A DNA stretch of 63,616 nt, filler included, from Hausera hauseri (lineage: Eukaryota): the NCBI GenBank assembly GCA_046269625.1. It is 12 parts of 12 records of this genome, joined end to end, with 100 filler letters (N's around TTAATTAATTAA, not from the genome) between each part and the next. Parts side by side here need not be neighbours in the genome. Positions count along the whole stretch, not along the records: positions 44,191 to 54,676 come from JBJURY010177750.1; positions 54,777 to 59,515 come from JBJURY010455134.1; positions 59,616 to 63,616 come from JBJURY010827861.1; 9 more parts are not named here. One strand, given 5' to 3'. The position numbers and the translations under genes are program-made. Each line of letters starts with the position of its first letter. The stretch's first letter is position 1. Shown here piece by piece: positions 50,647-62,309 of the stretch. Under the pieces are notes generated by a model, which saw only the letters and a program-made list of their open reading frames with translations, searched no databases and was not told the DNA's origin.

Positions 50647-52049
50647 TTTTAGAGTAACTAGATCTTATAAACGGTCGAATAAAATCATAGGATACAATGC
50701 AAAACAAAAAATGAAGAACAAGTAAGATTTAAAAAATTTATTTTGTTCCTCCATTGGTTCGTCAGCCGAGGCGTATGATGCGGCCATCGACAACAGTTCC
50801 GGATCATTCTGGAGATTTCGGTGTGTGCAAGTCGAAGTGTCGTCCGAGCTTGAATCCAACGGTGCAGGTTTCCTTCGTACCGGGTCAGGACGGCGCCTGA
50901 GACGCAGGTTTGGTAAGTCGTCGGGGATCGACATCTTAACTTGCCGTTGTTAGGAGTGTCAGTGTAACGGGATCAGCTTGCTCTCCGAGGGAGCTAATGA
51001 TTCATAGAGGCGGTCGGCTGCCGTCATCAATCTCAGGAAGACTGGCAGGAAAACCGACGAGTTAAAGATACGTCGATTCTCCCCGTCCTCATAGAACCGA
51101 TGGAGTGTTTTCACGGGTAAGGAGTAGGGGTCATGTCGCCCCAATCTGACTAGATGTCGTATAAAGCGGCTCCGCTGCAATAGCTCCAGCACCGTCAGAA
51201 AGTCCCAGTAGGACCGGTCGGGCATGGCTGCTCTGGCTGGAGAGTTGAGACTGGCGTGTTATACGGGCCCTGTGTTCGCGCCAGTTCTGATTGGGACCGT
51301 TTAGGGATCCGGTATCTTGATGTTAAATTAATGAATTTGTTGACTTCCGATTTCGAAGTGATTGCCGTTCCTGGTTTTCAGGTGATAGGTTCATTGATTT
51401 TCGGTTTGACTGGAGGCGGCACAGACATGATTGACTTCTCCGTCGTGCGACCCTTTCCAACTGTATTCGACGTTTCCGACATTAATGTAGAGATGTTTTT
51501 TAAATAATTCTGTTCTTTTTTAAACTGTGGATTCAAACAAATGGATTTAAATCTACAGATTTTAATTGTTAGTTTTTTATTTATTACAAGTGCTGGTTAT
51601 TTCGGCACTTGTGATCCCGATTTTTAATTTTTCTATTTTGTATTTTTATATGTGGAAAATTTGATTTTGATATATTTTATTTGACCGAATCCGTGATTTG
51701 TTTATTTTTGTACTTATTATTTTTGTTTGTAAAGCAAATCTTTACAATGTCAATAATGATTATGCAGTTTGTTTATTATCGATCTTGACGATGTCGAAAA
51801 TGTAACGTCAAATGTGTCGTTGACCCGAACAAAAATTTAATGGGTTCCCAAAATTCATCAAGCATATACACGAAAATACTGTACACAATATTTTGAGACA
51901 ATGATAAGTACATTGTGTGGTGCCCACATTCACCCAATCGGTGATTTGTATATAAAACATTTTTCTTGTTTTAATATTCAATACATGATTTTGTATTTTG
52001 AAAATTATTGAACCTTCTTAATTCCGATTATTTCATCATTCATCAAGAA

Positions 52050-52986
52050 AACAAAATGACAGATTTTTACGCATGAATCTGAACATAATAACACGAACAG
52101 TTTTATCCGATGTTTTGTACGTGTCAGAATCCAGTTCGATAGAAGCCAGCAGTTATTTACGTTCTCCACCAACGAGTACGGATTCGGTTAAGTCCGTTAA
52201 AATGTTGATTCTATGAAATGCTCCAGAGTTGTGGTTGCTATTTGGCAACAATAGATCGTCCAACAATGTTTTGATAGAATTCGCGTTCTGAAAAACTCAG
52301 ATTACGAGCCAATAATTCATCAAAGGCAAAATATATTACATTGTCATGTAGTGTAAAAGAAATATGACCATCTGCGTTTATTTCACATATCTTTGCAGTT
52401 AATGTAGCCATTTTCTTGACGTATTCACACAATTCCAATTCCAATTCCATTAATAAATCGTGTGGTATAATATATGAACCGAAGACGGATTCTGACTTAA
52501 TCCACCTTATTATAATATCAGATTCCGCATTGGATGAAAGGTCCAATTTTTCACCACTTATAACATGGCCACCTAACCGTAGACGTTTTAAGTGTACATT
52601 GATTGAAAACCCCATGCCTGAGCCTCAGTTATAGATTTAAACGGCATTTCAATGGGGTTTCGATGTATTAGTTTCATACGGTAGTTTGAAAAGTAAGCAT
52701 AAACCGAGAAATTTCGCGAATAATTGCGAAGAGTATATCGGTTAGTGTCGGATTGTCCGGAAACGACTTGAAATAGAGTACATTTTTTGTCGGGTAAAAT
52801 ACCACTGTTCTGACGAATTGACATTGGTGAAAATGTAAATGTGAGTTTCGTTAAAGCCACTTCCTAGGATCCTTGGCGTAAATCGACTGGTTGGTCCAAG
52901 TGCATAATAAACTGTTTAGCGGTATTGTCATTGTCGTCATGTGATAATGATGTGTTACTATTAAGTACCAAGTAAATGCTGCTCAT
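52050..52986 (-). pseudogene. Polinton minor capsid (penton)-like protein
   Basis: MSSIYLVLNSNTS...NTAKQFIMHLDQPVDL...(W)EVALTKL N-terminal signature and C-terminal INILTDLTESVLVGG..LL motif. ATG overlaps the integrase stop (ATGA). Confidence 0.65.
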
Positions 52987-54024
52987 TGAACCTGTAATGC
53001 AAAAATCCAACTCGGTGCAGTGTATCGGTGCCAGTTGACGAGATATTGTTTATTCGAACCTTTGCCGCGTGAACGTAAAATTTCCTGAATACGACATACA
53101 TCGGGTTTCTCGGGCATTACCTGCAGTTCCTGTTAGTAGAATTTACCGCGTATTTCTTCACCGTTTTATCTTCTAAAACGTACATGACAGGTGTTTGTTT
53201 TATGTTGATTGCCGAAATGCGGAAAACCTCGTCGCTCCAGTTCTGATAGAAATTCTTAATAAACGGCGTCGTACTTATTTTCGAAATACGTACGTAAGCA
53301 CCGATTTTATATTTTGGACGTTTAATTGCCTGTCGTTGTCGTTTTGTTCGGTTTTGATAAAGCCACATGTTCAAATCATCGATTACGTCAACCGAGCGCA
53401 TTCGGTTGATTCCACGGTGCGTCGAATGGTTGTATGCATGAATATCTGGCAGTACATCGACCCAGCGTTTGCTGCCTTGCTTCGTAAAGAATTTGTTTAG
53501 GCGACCGCGCAATATTCGATTAAATGGTTCAACGAGTGCAGCCTTGTATTCGGAAAACACCGAGTAGTGGTTTACGCCGAACCGTTTCAAGACCACTGCA
53601 ACGTGGGCGTTATAGAATTCCTTACCCAAATCTGTTTGTAAATGCTTCGGTCGTCGTTGTTGTTTGTTCAGTGTCTGAACAGCGTCGGCAATCTCTTTAC
53701 CGAATTTAGATTTAACAGCAATTGCACGCGCAAAACGACGAAACACATCAATACATGTCAGCACATGCCGATACCCATCGATGATTCTGACGTACGGAAT
53801 CATTTCCATCAGGTCCAGTTGCAATACATTACACTTGCAGAACAGTATGCACGAGTTGGAAACCGCCTTCTTATCGGTTTGTTTAAGCTGTATGCTAACT
53901 GTTTCTCCAACCAACTCTGTTTGGATTTGTCGCCGACTCTGACAGTCATTTCCAGTTTGGCGACGGCAGTATACCCGACGGGATGACGCGGGTCGAACCA
54001 CACGCCGCCCATCGTTGCCGTCAT
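52983..54024 (-). pseudogene. Polinton-type retroviral-like integrase with C-terminal chromodomain
   Basis: WFDPRHPVGY..KL, RRFPTR, QLDLMEM, LTCIDVF, LQTDLGKEFYN, KAALVE.FNR, KYKIG..VRIS, NWSDEVF, QEILRSR..KQYLVNW..Y..SWI. Frameshifted. Confidence 0.88.
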
Positions 54025-54159
54025 TGTCGATAATGTCGTTTTTGTTAGCATTACAGCAAATAGAACGAAACGTAAATAAAAGATTCGGTAAACTGGGACA
54101 AAATGATGAAAACCATGCACACATCGCAAATCATCATATACATACCGTCATTGTTTATA

Positions 54160-54552
54160 CTATGCTGCAGAACGAATGATTCCACCTAGTAATGACGTGA
54201 CAATCAGTAGAATTGCTCCAAGGAATCCGCCATCTTGCTGATACATGACCTCTCGTTTCAGTCGTTTACTACGAGCGTTGGCAAAACCAATGACTCGTTT
54301 TCGATACTTTAGTAAATTCGGCTTTCCACTACCAATGTCAAAGTGACCCACAACGATACTGTACAAAATTTCCATCAAATCGTCTACTACAAACTGTGGG
54401 AATAATCGTAGCATGTTTCGCTTATGTCGCGTAGATGCCTTGAACAAAGCAATAAAGTACGGCTGATTACGTTTGAATCGCATTTTTGGACGTATTGATG
54501 CTGATGAGATGTAGTTGTTTATAACCGTTGCCACTGAGACGGTAATTTGCAT
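54160..54552 (-). CDS. Polinton/adintovirus small basic protein ending in a Q..GG|FL amphipathic peptide
   Basis: VVDDLMEILYSIV.G...KR....QQDGGFLGAILLIVTSLLGGII resembles the conserved small ORF next to Polinton integrases, with an adenain-type GG cleavage site. Confidence 0.55.
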   Translation of the reverse strand: MQITVSVATVINNYISSASIRPKMRFKRNQPYFIALFKASTRHKRNMLRLFPQFVVDDLMEILYSIVVGHFDIGSGKPNLLKYRKRVIGFANARSKRLKREVMYQQDGGFLGAILLIVTSLLGGIIRSAA

Positions 54553-54776
54553 CTAGTTGCTGTCGTTGCTGTTGTTCGAAGCACAGAATTGATTAATCGT
54601 TTGACTATAGCGGTTGGTTTTGATACACGTTTCTAGCCGGGCACCCGCTTGGTAGGTTTACGTTTAACAACTGTTTNNNNNNNNNNNNNNNNNNNNNNNN
54701 NNNNNNNNNNNNNNNNNNNNTTAATTAATTAANNNNNNNNNNNNNNNNNNNNNNNNNNNNNNNNNNNNNNNNNNNN

Positions 54777-57700
54777 TGCTTCCGGGATCCTTAATAGATG
54801 GTAGATATAACTGTCCCTTTAACGTTTGAGGAATTGAGTCGTTTTTGATGTAAGGCATCTCGGAACCGGTGTCGATTATGGCATAAACTTCCCAATCTTC
54901 ATTAGTAATTTTGGCGAAGGGTCTCCCTTCAATTACTGTTCCAAAACAATTTGATGCAACTTTTGGGCGCTTCGCTGCCAATATCTTGTGACCGTTTATC
55001 CTGATTTCTGGAGAGGATACTATGTTTTCTATTAGTTGTCTTCCCAATTATGGATATAATTTATTGTTTTCGACGTTTGATTCTTCATGAGTACTAATTT
55101 CATGAGTACAAATTAATGGTTCTCGTTTGTTTGTATACGTTTCTATATCTTGGATTCCCCCAGACAGGTGGTCCGGTTTCTATGTTTAGAGGTTCTCTTG
55201 AAGAATATAGAATTCTAGGATCATTCATAGGCTGTCGGTAGCACAGTTTCCGTAGTATTCCATATCGTTTTGTCCCTTCATAAGTGTCTTCCATTTTAAC
55301 TGTTCTCTTGTAGATTTCTGTCTGATATGAACTCATTGATCGCTTGTCCCCGTCTTTGTAGACTAGAGGAAAGGGGGTAGCATGGGCAATGGTGCTTTGA
55401 CGATGGAATATGTCTTATGTCGATTTGTTTTTAAGGGGGCTTCTCCTCCCTTAGGCTCGTCCTTGTCCAAATTATTTCTTCGCGTCTTAGATTTCGAGAG
55501 ATTCTGAGTGTACAAAAATAGTTCACCCTTTCCGTTTTCAATTATGGTAACCAACTTGACGTTCTACGTCCGATTTCCATCTGCTTTCTTCGTATGCCTT
55601 TAAAATCTTTCCAAAGGGTGTGATGATTGCAGTCAAAATCTTACATGAAAATTCAGTCAATGCATTTATTACTGCTTGGATGACTACCTTAATTAGTTGG
55701 ATTAAGAAATATGTCGATAAAATTCCGGATGCAGCTTGTCCGAAAATTAAAAATCTTCCCCAAATTTTATAGAGTATTTCCGTGGTTACTCGTTGGTAAT
55801 GGTTTACTCAGAGCAAGTATTCCCATTTAGCTTGATATCGAGTACCGTCTACTACTGAGGCCATGGCTCGATTCAATTCGTGCATTCACAGACGCGGGAA
55901 GGCAATCAATTTTCTGAAAGCTTCCATTTCCTTTGGTCTTTAAATTCCTTTTGACGAAATGTCCTGGAATTTATCATCCGTGATTCCTTTTACGAGATTG
56001 TTTCCCGTTAACTTAATTAAAGCTGCAGTAATGCTTCCGTTTGGCAAACTTACCCAATCTGTTTCGCTACGTCTAAACATCGGTTCTCCTAAGCTTGCCT
56101 AACAATTCTTAAGGATCGTTAACTGGGTCGCGTTATCTAACAGTACTCTAGTATGTGGCATGGCTAGCCGGAGAATATTTTGGTATATAACCTGAAGTTC
56201 TTGTATACACCATTTTTCTTCGACATTTATCGATACATCCTTTTTTTCACATTCGTAAGTCAATAAAACCTTACCGGTAACTTGCCCGAAAATTCCTTCT
56301 CTCATAGGAATTATTGGTGATGATAAGTCCGGATTAGCATAAATAAGAGCTAGTTTTGTTCTCATAATTTCCATGTCTAACTTACAATCATTCGTTATAA
56401 TTTTGTGGTATAGTTCGGTTACTCCAACTTGTCTTTTGTAGTAAAAATAATCGTCTCGATTTTTCAAGTAATCTTCAATACGAATATCCTGCGTTTCGAG
56501 TTGATAAGTCTTTGCATTTATTTCCGTTTCTGCGACGAAGAATGCTTCATAATTGGTGGCAAACATCACGACCTCGCAACGTGAAATCATTTCCTTTTTA
56601 ATAAATTTCAGCCCGTGTGTATTAGAAATCAGTATCGTGGGGGTAGAATGCTCCGCCATGTCTTCGCATGTTCTTTAGTTACCGTCGAATTTATCCATAT
56701 ACCGCTTCCCGGTGGTTTCATTGAATTTCAGTACCTTAATTTTGATAAAATTACAGTTTCTTCGGAAGGGAAGTTCCCATATTATAAGAAAACTTCTAAA
56801 AGCACACATTCCATATTGTAAGTGGCATTTTTATTTACAGTATATAGTTTAGTTACACTGTGAAACATAACTTTCTGTACTCGAATCTCTGATTCATAGA
56901 AATCTACGACTACGACGTTCGATTCCAGTGCCTTTCCGGTGTCCTACTCTGCTCCATTACAGTTCTCGTTATACATATCTAGCATCCCAGCTACTACTTT
57001 ATAATCTGTATTTATCTTTTCTGGTTGCATTTCCAGTTTCAAACTATCCCATTCTAATCTCCCTGTTTCTTTTACCTATTTGCAGTGCTGACGTTCTAAG
57101 CTCATAGGAATTAAGGGAATCATTGGTTTGATTATTTACGAATGTCCATTCATTAGTCCGCAGTGGAAAACGCTATGTGATCGCCGTAAAATACACTCCA
57201 TTCCATCACGTAATATCAATTCGTGTTGTTGGCATAGGAAATAACTTTATTCTTTTGTTTCTAGTTTATGCAATCTAGTATTTTCACACGCCTCTAGATC
57301 CATTAAAGAGCATATCTGTTTAAGTTTAAATCTATCGTAGTCACCCATCTGTTTTATCAACGTCATCAATGTTAGCAACCTAATTAACCAATTCGATTCA
57401 TGTCTCCGGTTACTGTTATTCGTTGTCGTCAGATTTCGTAACATGTCTTCGAATCGGCTACCATTATGGGATTGTTTATGTTGTTCCTTATCGAACAATT
57501 TTGACCAGTTTACTTCTTGGGGCAATTTCTTAGCCGCTCTTCGTGCCAAGCTTGTAGCTCTGTTAAATTTATTTTCTCGACTGGAATTCGTTTTGATAGC
57601 TAAGTACAGAAGTACTTTTTGCAGTTCTTCTATCGTGTTTTCCACCATAATTTTCTCGGTCACTGTTTTATCGGTTAGATTAATTTTTGATAGCTTAAAA

Positions 57701-58410
57701 CGCGAATTTCTTATTCTTCTAGCTGCGTTAAATGTCGCTTTCTCTTTTTCGTCTAATACGTAACCATGGAGGTTTGACTAATTTATGATGCGTATTAGAT
57801 TTTTCTTGTCTTCGTCTGTTTGTAAATATTCAAAATACATTGCGGCGTCTCGGACTCCCATGATTTATCCTATGCATTGTTTTCCCTTAGCCTTACGTGT
57901 GGCTTCTTCTTTAGTCTGATCAATAGCTATTGTTACCACTATTCGGTTTGTTTCGCCGGGTGTAATCCCAACGTCTATTAACTTCTCTAAACCATCTAGT
58001 ATTCTACCTCTAAAGTAGAAAGTAGTTTAGTATATTTGTTCCATAATTATTTATCAACCATTTTTTGCATCCCTCACATAGGAATATGTGGTTAACTCAC
58101 ATTCTTTCTTATCCATCCACTCGCACAATACTTTTACTTTCGTCGTTAACTCAGGTTTAGCTTTTAAGATTTTAGCATATTTCCTTATCAAAAGTTTCGG
58201 CACCGCGCTGTAAAGTGTGTTCTCACAAGATAATTTTGTTAGAGTCGGAATAAGTTGTTTTAACTTATTTTCACGAATATTTGCGCTAATTAGTTTAATT
58301 AAATCTTTTTCAGTTAACGCTGAATCCAGGAGCATCTCTGTTAGTTTTATGGTCTTAACCGACATTTCCTGTCTACTGTGGATTCTCAGCAGTGGTTCGG
58401 TGACATTTCT
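54777..58410 (-). mobile_element. Env-bearing Ty3/gypsy element, copy 3
   Basis: Colinear with copy 2 (MLLDSALT..., signal WLIRLLTLMTLIKQMG from 57390, glycoprotein, TM, linker). Open frame RQLIENIVSSPEI...AIIDTGSE with DTGS at 54862-54873. AT-hook segment deleted near 57805. Confidence 0.88.
55600..57390 (-). pseudogene. Chuvirus-like envelope glycoprotein domain, copy 3
   Basis: ECILRRSHSVFHCGLMNGHS, RCEVVMFATNY, LTYECEK..CIQELQV, GEPMFRRSETDW, KIWGRFLIFGQAASG. Confidence 0.78.
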
Positions 58411-58906
58411 GTGATCACCTGCACCTACAACGTATTAATCTTCCAAGGTCGATAAAACTATACTACACATTCACGTTAATAAAACAATTACTTAACAAAA
58501 GAAAAATGATCATCTAGTCAACACCCAAAATAATTTTAATAAGAAAAATTTATTCTGATAAATATTTACAAAAATGGAGACGGCATTAATAAGGTAATCA
58601 TTACAATAAATAACAACATTTTACCTATTTCCTCCTGTTCAATACCGAACGCATTTACTTCCTGTTAGTCCATAGTTTCCGTCTCGTGGAGAAGGTCCTT
58701 GCAATTATTGCAGTCGAAGACGAGTTTGAAAAAACGTTAAAAGTTGTTTCCAATGCTGTCGAAGAAGTCGAAATCACGAAACAGTTTTTCTTCAATTAAT
58801 TGTAGGTTTCATACAAGCATGAATCAGACATGTTCATAAGACATGAATCAGATATATCCGAAGACAAGACATTTGATGAAGTCATCATTATGTTCTTTCT
58901 GTTTAG

Positions 58907-59089
58907 GAAACAAACTCTGCAGGGGCATCGATTGATACAAGCGTGATTGAATGGATCAGAATGGGCACAACAGTTGCAACTAATGCGTTACTTGAGAGAA
59001 AAGGAGAGCCAATGGCTTTGGTTATAACCAAAGGTTTCCGAGACCTTCTGCACATTGGAAACCAGTCTCGTCCAAATATATTTGATTTG
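58907..59089 (+). CDS. oplah: 5-oxoprolinase exon (animal)
   Basis: AG at 58905-58906 and GT at 59090. [48 protein letters not shown]. Confidence 0.92.
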
Positions 59090-59699
59090 GTTGGTAATTG
59101 TTTTCAGCACATTATAACATCTGTATAAAATATTAACCAACTTTTTGCCACAGTTTGAGAGACCTTGTGGATGATTATCTCAGCACACAAAGTAAGGTTA
59201 CTGTAGAAACAGTACCAGTACAAGATTTTACTCTCCCTCAGCACATTTAGAAAAGTTTGAAAGGTCATTATTTCAGTCGAACGTATTAGATGGGTATTAG
59301 AACAAAGACATTTCTACAGAATAAACTCAGACACTTATACTGAGGGAAACAAAGAAGTCTTTGATTTCTTTTCTCAGACACTGAATCATTAACTGAAAAC
59401 TCAATCTTATTATAATTTACGGTTTGGTGGGGAATAATACATACTTTGATATATTAGAAAGTTTCTTTAAAACTGTTATCTATAAAGTCACTGTTGGAAG
59501 TTACTGAGGAAGAAANNNNNNNNNNNNNNNNNNNNNNNNNNNNNNNNNNNNNNNNNNNNTTAATTAATTAANNNNNNNNNNNNNNNNNNNNNNNNNNNNN
59601 NNNNNNNNNNNNNNNGTTATTCTTCAAATTCTCACATCATAAAGATTTGAACAGTACTATTGCATTTTAACTAACATATCAAAATGAGTACATTTTTAA

Positions 59700-61250
59700 A
59701 ATGTGACTTTGGATGAGTGTGCAAGGCATGGTTTGAATTGGTTAGACATCTCATTACGTATAACGATGAAACGTGAATCCGTTCGAAAAACATAATCTGA
59801 CGAGACAATCATATCTACCTCTTTGTTATCTACCAATTTGTTCAGTATATGATCGTGTTCAAATATGTAAACTCTGTGAGTATTGGGAAAGATCAGCATT
59901 TTACTTTTATTTCCACTGCAAATATAACTGTCGATTTTTAAACCTTTACATTCCTTATTTTCCAAGTCTCCAGTATTGTCCACGAGTGCAAATCTAGATT
60001 ATTTTGTCACAACGTTTTCACTACCAAAGATGTATACATATTTTTATTTTAAATGGTTCCATTTTTTTGAAATTATTAACATTGCTGGATACTGCAATTT
60101 ATTTTGCTTGTTGATTGTTCTTAGTTTCATTGTGAATAAGCAGTTCATCAGAAAGTATGTCAGAATTGCACAGTCCATCAAGTCCCAGTGATTATGCCAT
60201 CCAGATGCTCACGAACGGAAGACAGATAATCTGAAAACGAAACGATTTTTTTTCGACTCAAAGAGATCATGTAATCACCGATCCCGATAGGCTGCACGAC
60301 TTTTTCAATAAGTTGCGAATCCAGCAGTCAGTCTGAAACAATATACAGCACCAATTCACGTAATTCAGCAAAGATTCACAGAAGTATTGATGAATTAAAT
60401 GTCTGTCAGTCCGCTGCCAAATGTAGTTAATGTTGATAATATCTCAGACAAAGCAGTTAAATTGTGGGGATTGAAAGCCAAATCTTCTATTCATAAGTAC
60501 AAGAAAACGGACATGTCATGGTGATTATATTGAACCTCTGTAAAATAAGCTTGTGGTGTTTCGTCTCAATTTTCTGAACATATGTACAGCATCCTGATAC
60601 CAGACAAGATGACCGATTTATTCTTTTAATTTGTTCGAAGATATCACTAACTCTTTTTGATTTATTGTTCAGATGGTGAATACATGTCTCAGGGTTGATT
60701 TTAGGTAAAAAAAATTGAAAATTGATTGTAAATAAGAATAATAGATGTTTTAAAGTTCAATTTGTTCATTTGTGTTCATTCTATGAAATTATCACTGGAA
60801 TTATGGAATTATCAGTCGAAATTAAAGTCTCCTTCATATTTCTCTCATATTTTTGCAAATCCAAAGTGCATTACTTTTTTCACGAAACCTTCTACTAACA
60901 ACAGTCATATTATATATACATCATAACGGATGCCCAAAATTGTGGACCAAGTGTCCAGGCACTATTGTACATCAGCCAATGATCTAAAACATCAATTATG
61001 ACAATAGGCAGGGGACGTAACTCCGGAATATTGCCAGATATTGGATCCAATGCATTTGTAAACATTACTTTTCATTGAGATATTTTTTCAAAGCTACATC
61101 CGTTTATGCAACATTCATGGGGTGTTTCAAAACTCTCGAAAATGTTGTTAGCAGCTGCCAAATTGGGGAATTTGTAAATTCAGATACAAAACAACGTTCA
61201 TAAAACCAAATTCACTTGTGTTTACATTATTCTTCAAATTCTATATCGAA
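59700..61250 (-). pseudogene. Heavily decayed MULE-like transposase (tentative)
   Basis: Minus-strand fragments WLMYNSAWTLGPQFW (compare W.MDGTF..P..F.Q) near 60920-60970 and GWHNHW (compare EGWHN) near 60185-60205. Confidence 0.3.
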
Positions 61251-61725
61251 ATTCTCACAGCCCTATCTATATAATGATTGAAATGAAGCATAGTTGATTG
61301 TTTTCTGATCTTTGAATGTTCTACTAATGCTTATCGACTAGTAGAATAGTATAAATTTGACCGATTCTCATTCGATGCATCATATATTTTGAAAAAAGTT
61401 CATATTTTCAAACTCCTTACAACGAACATTTTATAATCATTGGTGGAAGGTTCAATTTTATCAAACGTTCACCCAATTATTGAAAAATCGTTTCCTTTTC
61501 TTCTGTTCATTAATTAACATATTATTGTTCAATTCTCACTAATTCAACAGTTGAGGCGATGTTTCATTTCGTACTTTAACATTTAATGAGAAGAACAATT
61601 TTTATGTAATTCGATGTGATGGGGTATGGCTTTCCTTACATAACTATAAGTCGGTAATGTGTTTCAAGAAAGGTGGTTGAATTAATTTCAGTTACTTACT
61701 TATTGGTTACTATCTTACTATTTAG

Positions 61726-62267
61726 TGAAGATTACTTTGGCCGTCGTCAGGTAGGTTTGACCTGGACGACGAATTGATCCAAATTAATTACGGTTTTATT
61801 TAATTACTTTGCTTACTGAGTAAAACACAACGATGACTCTTATGAGAGATATGGGTATTCTCTACAAGTATACAACAATAACAAAACAAATTATCAATCA
61901 AAAGCCAAAGCAATTTAGTACTCACTTTAAATTATAATATACGAAAATCTTTGAAAGTAAAATTTACTTCTTGTGAGTGTACGAAAAATTACCCTTTATA
62001 TACCAATTTTCATCATGATCAATGTGAGAAAAATTTCATCACACGATAAAAATTCTATCATACATACATAAAATCCATGGATTTTATGTTTTAATAAATC
62101 GGCATAACATTATAATCAAATAAAGAATTCAGATTGTACATAACGTAAACTTAAATGATAAACAGTTATCAAAAGTTTGATCTTTGGATCATTTATTTGA
62201 ACATCACATAAACACATAGTAATTAAGTGATCAACGTTTATCGAAAGTTTGGTCTTTGGTCTTTACA
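61726..62267 (-). repeat. Candidate 3' LTR (542 bp, TGTAAAGA...TCTTCA)
   Basis: TG...CA ends with an imperfect inverted repeat, TATATAAAG near 61995-62002 and AATAAA near 61795-61800 on the minus strand, directly downstream of the decayed ORF. No canonical PPT and no second copy in the window. Confidence 0.5.
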
Positions 62268-62309
62268 ATCGACAGGGGTTTGAAGAAATTGCCCCGAATT
62301 TATCATTGT

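Larger units (their letters stand above)
52050..54676 (-). mobile_element. Polinton/Maverick (adintovirus-like) remnant
   Basis: Compact same-strand run: basic ORF ending GGFLGAIL, rve integrase with chromodomain, minor capsid (penton) gene. All decayed. Confidence 0.82.
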
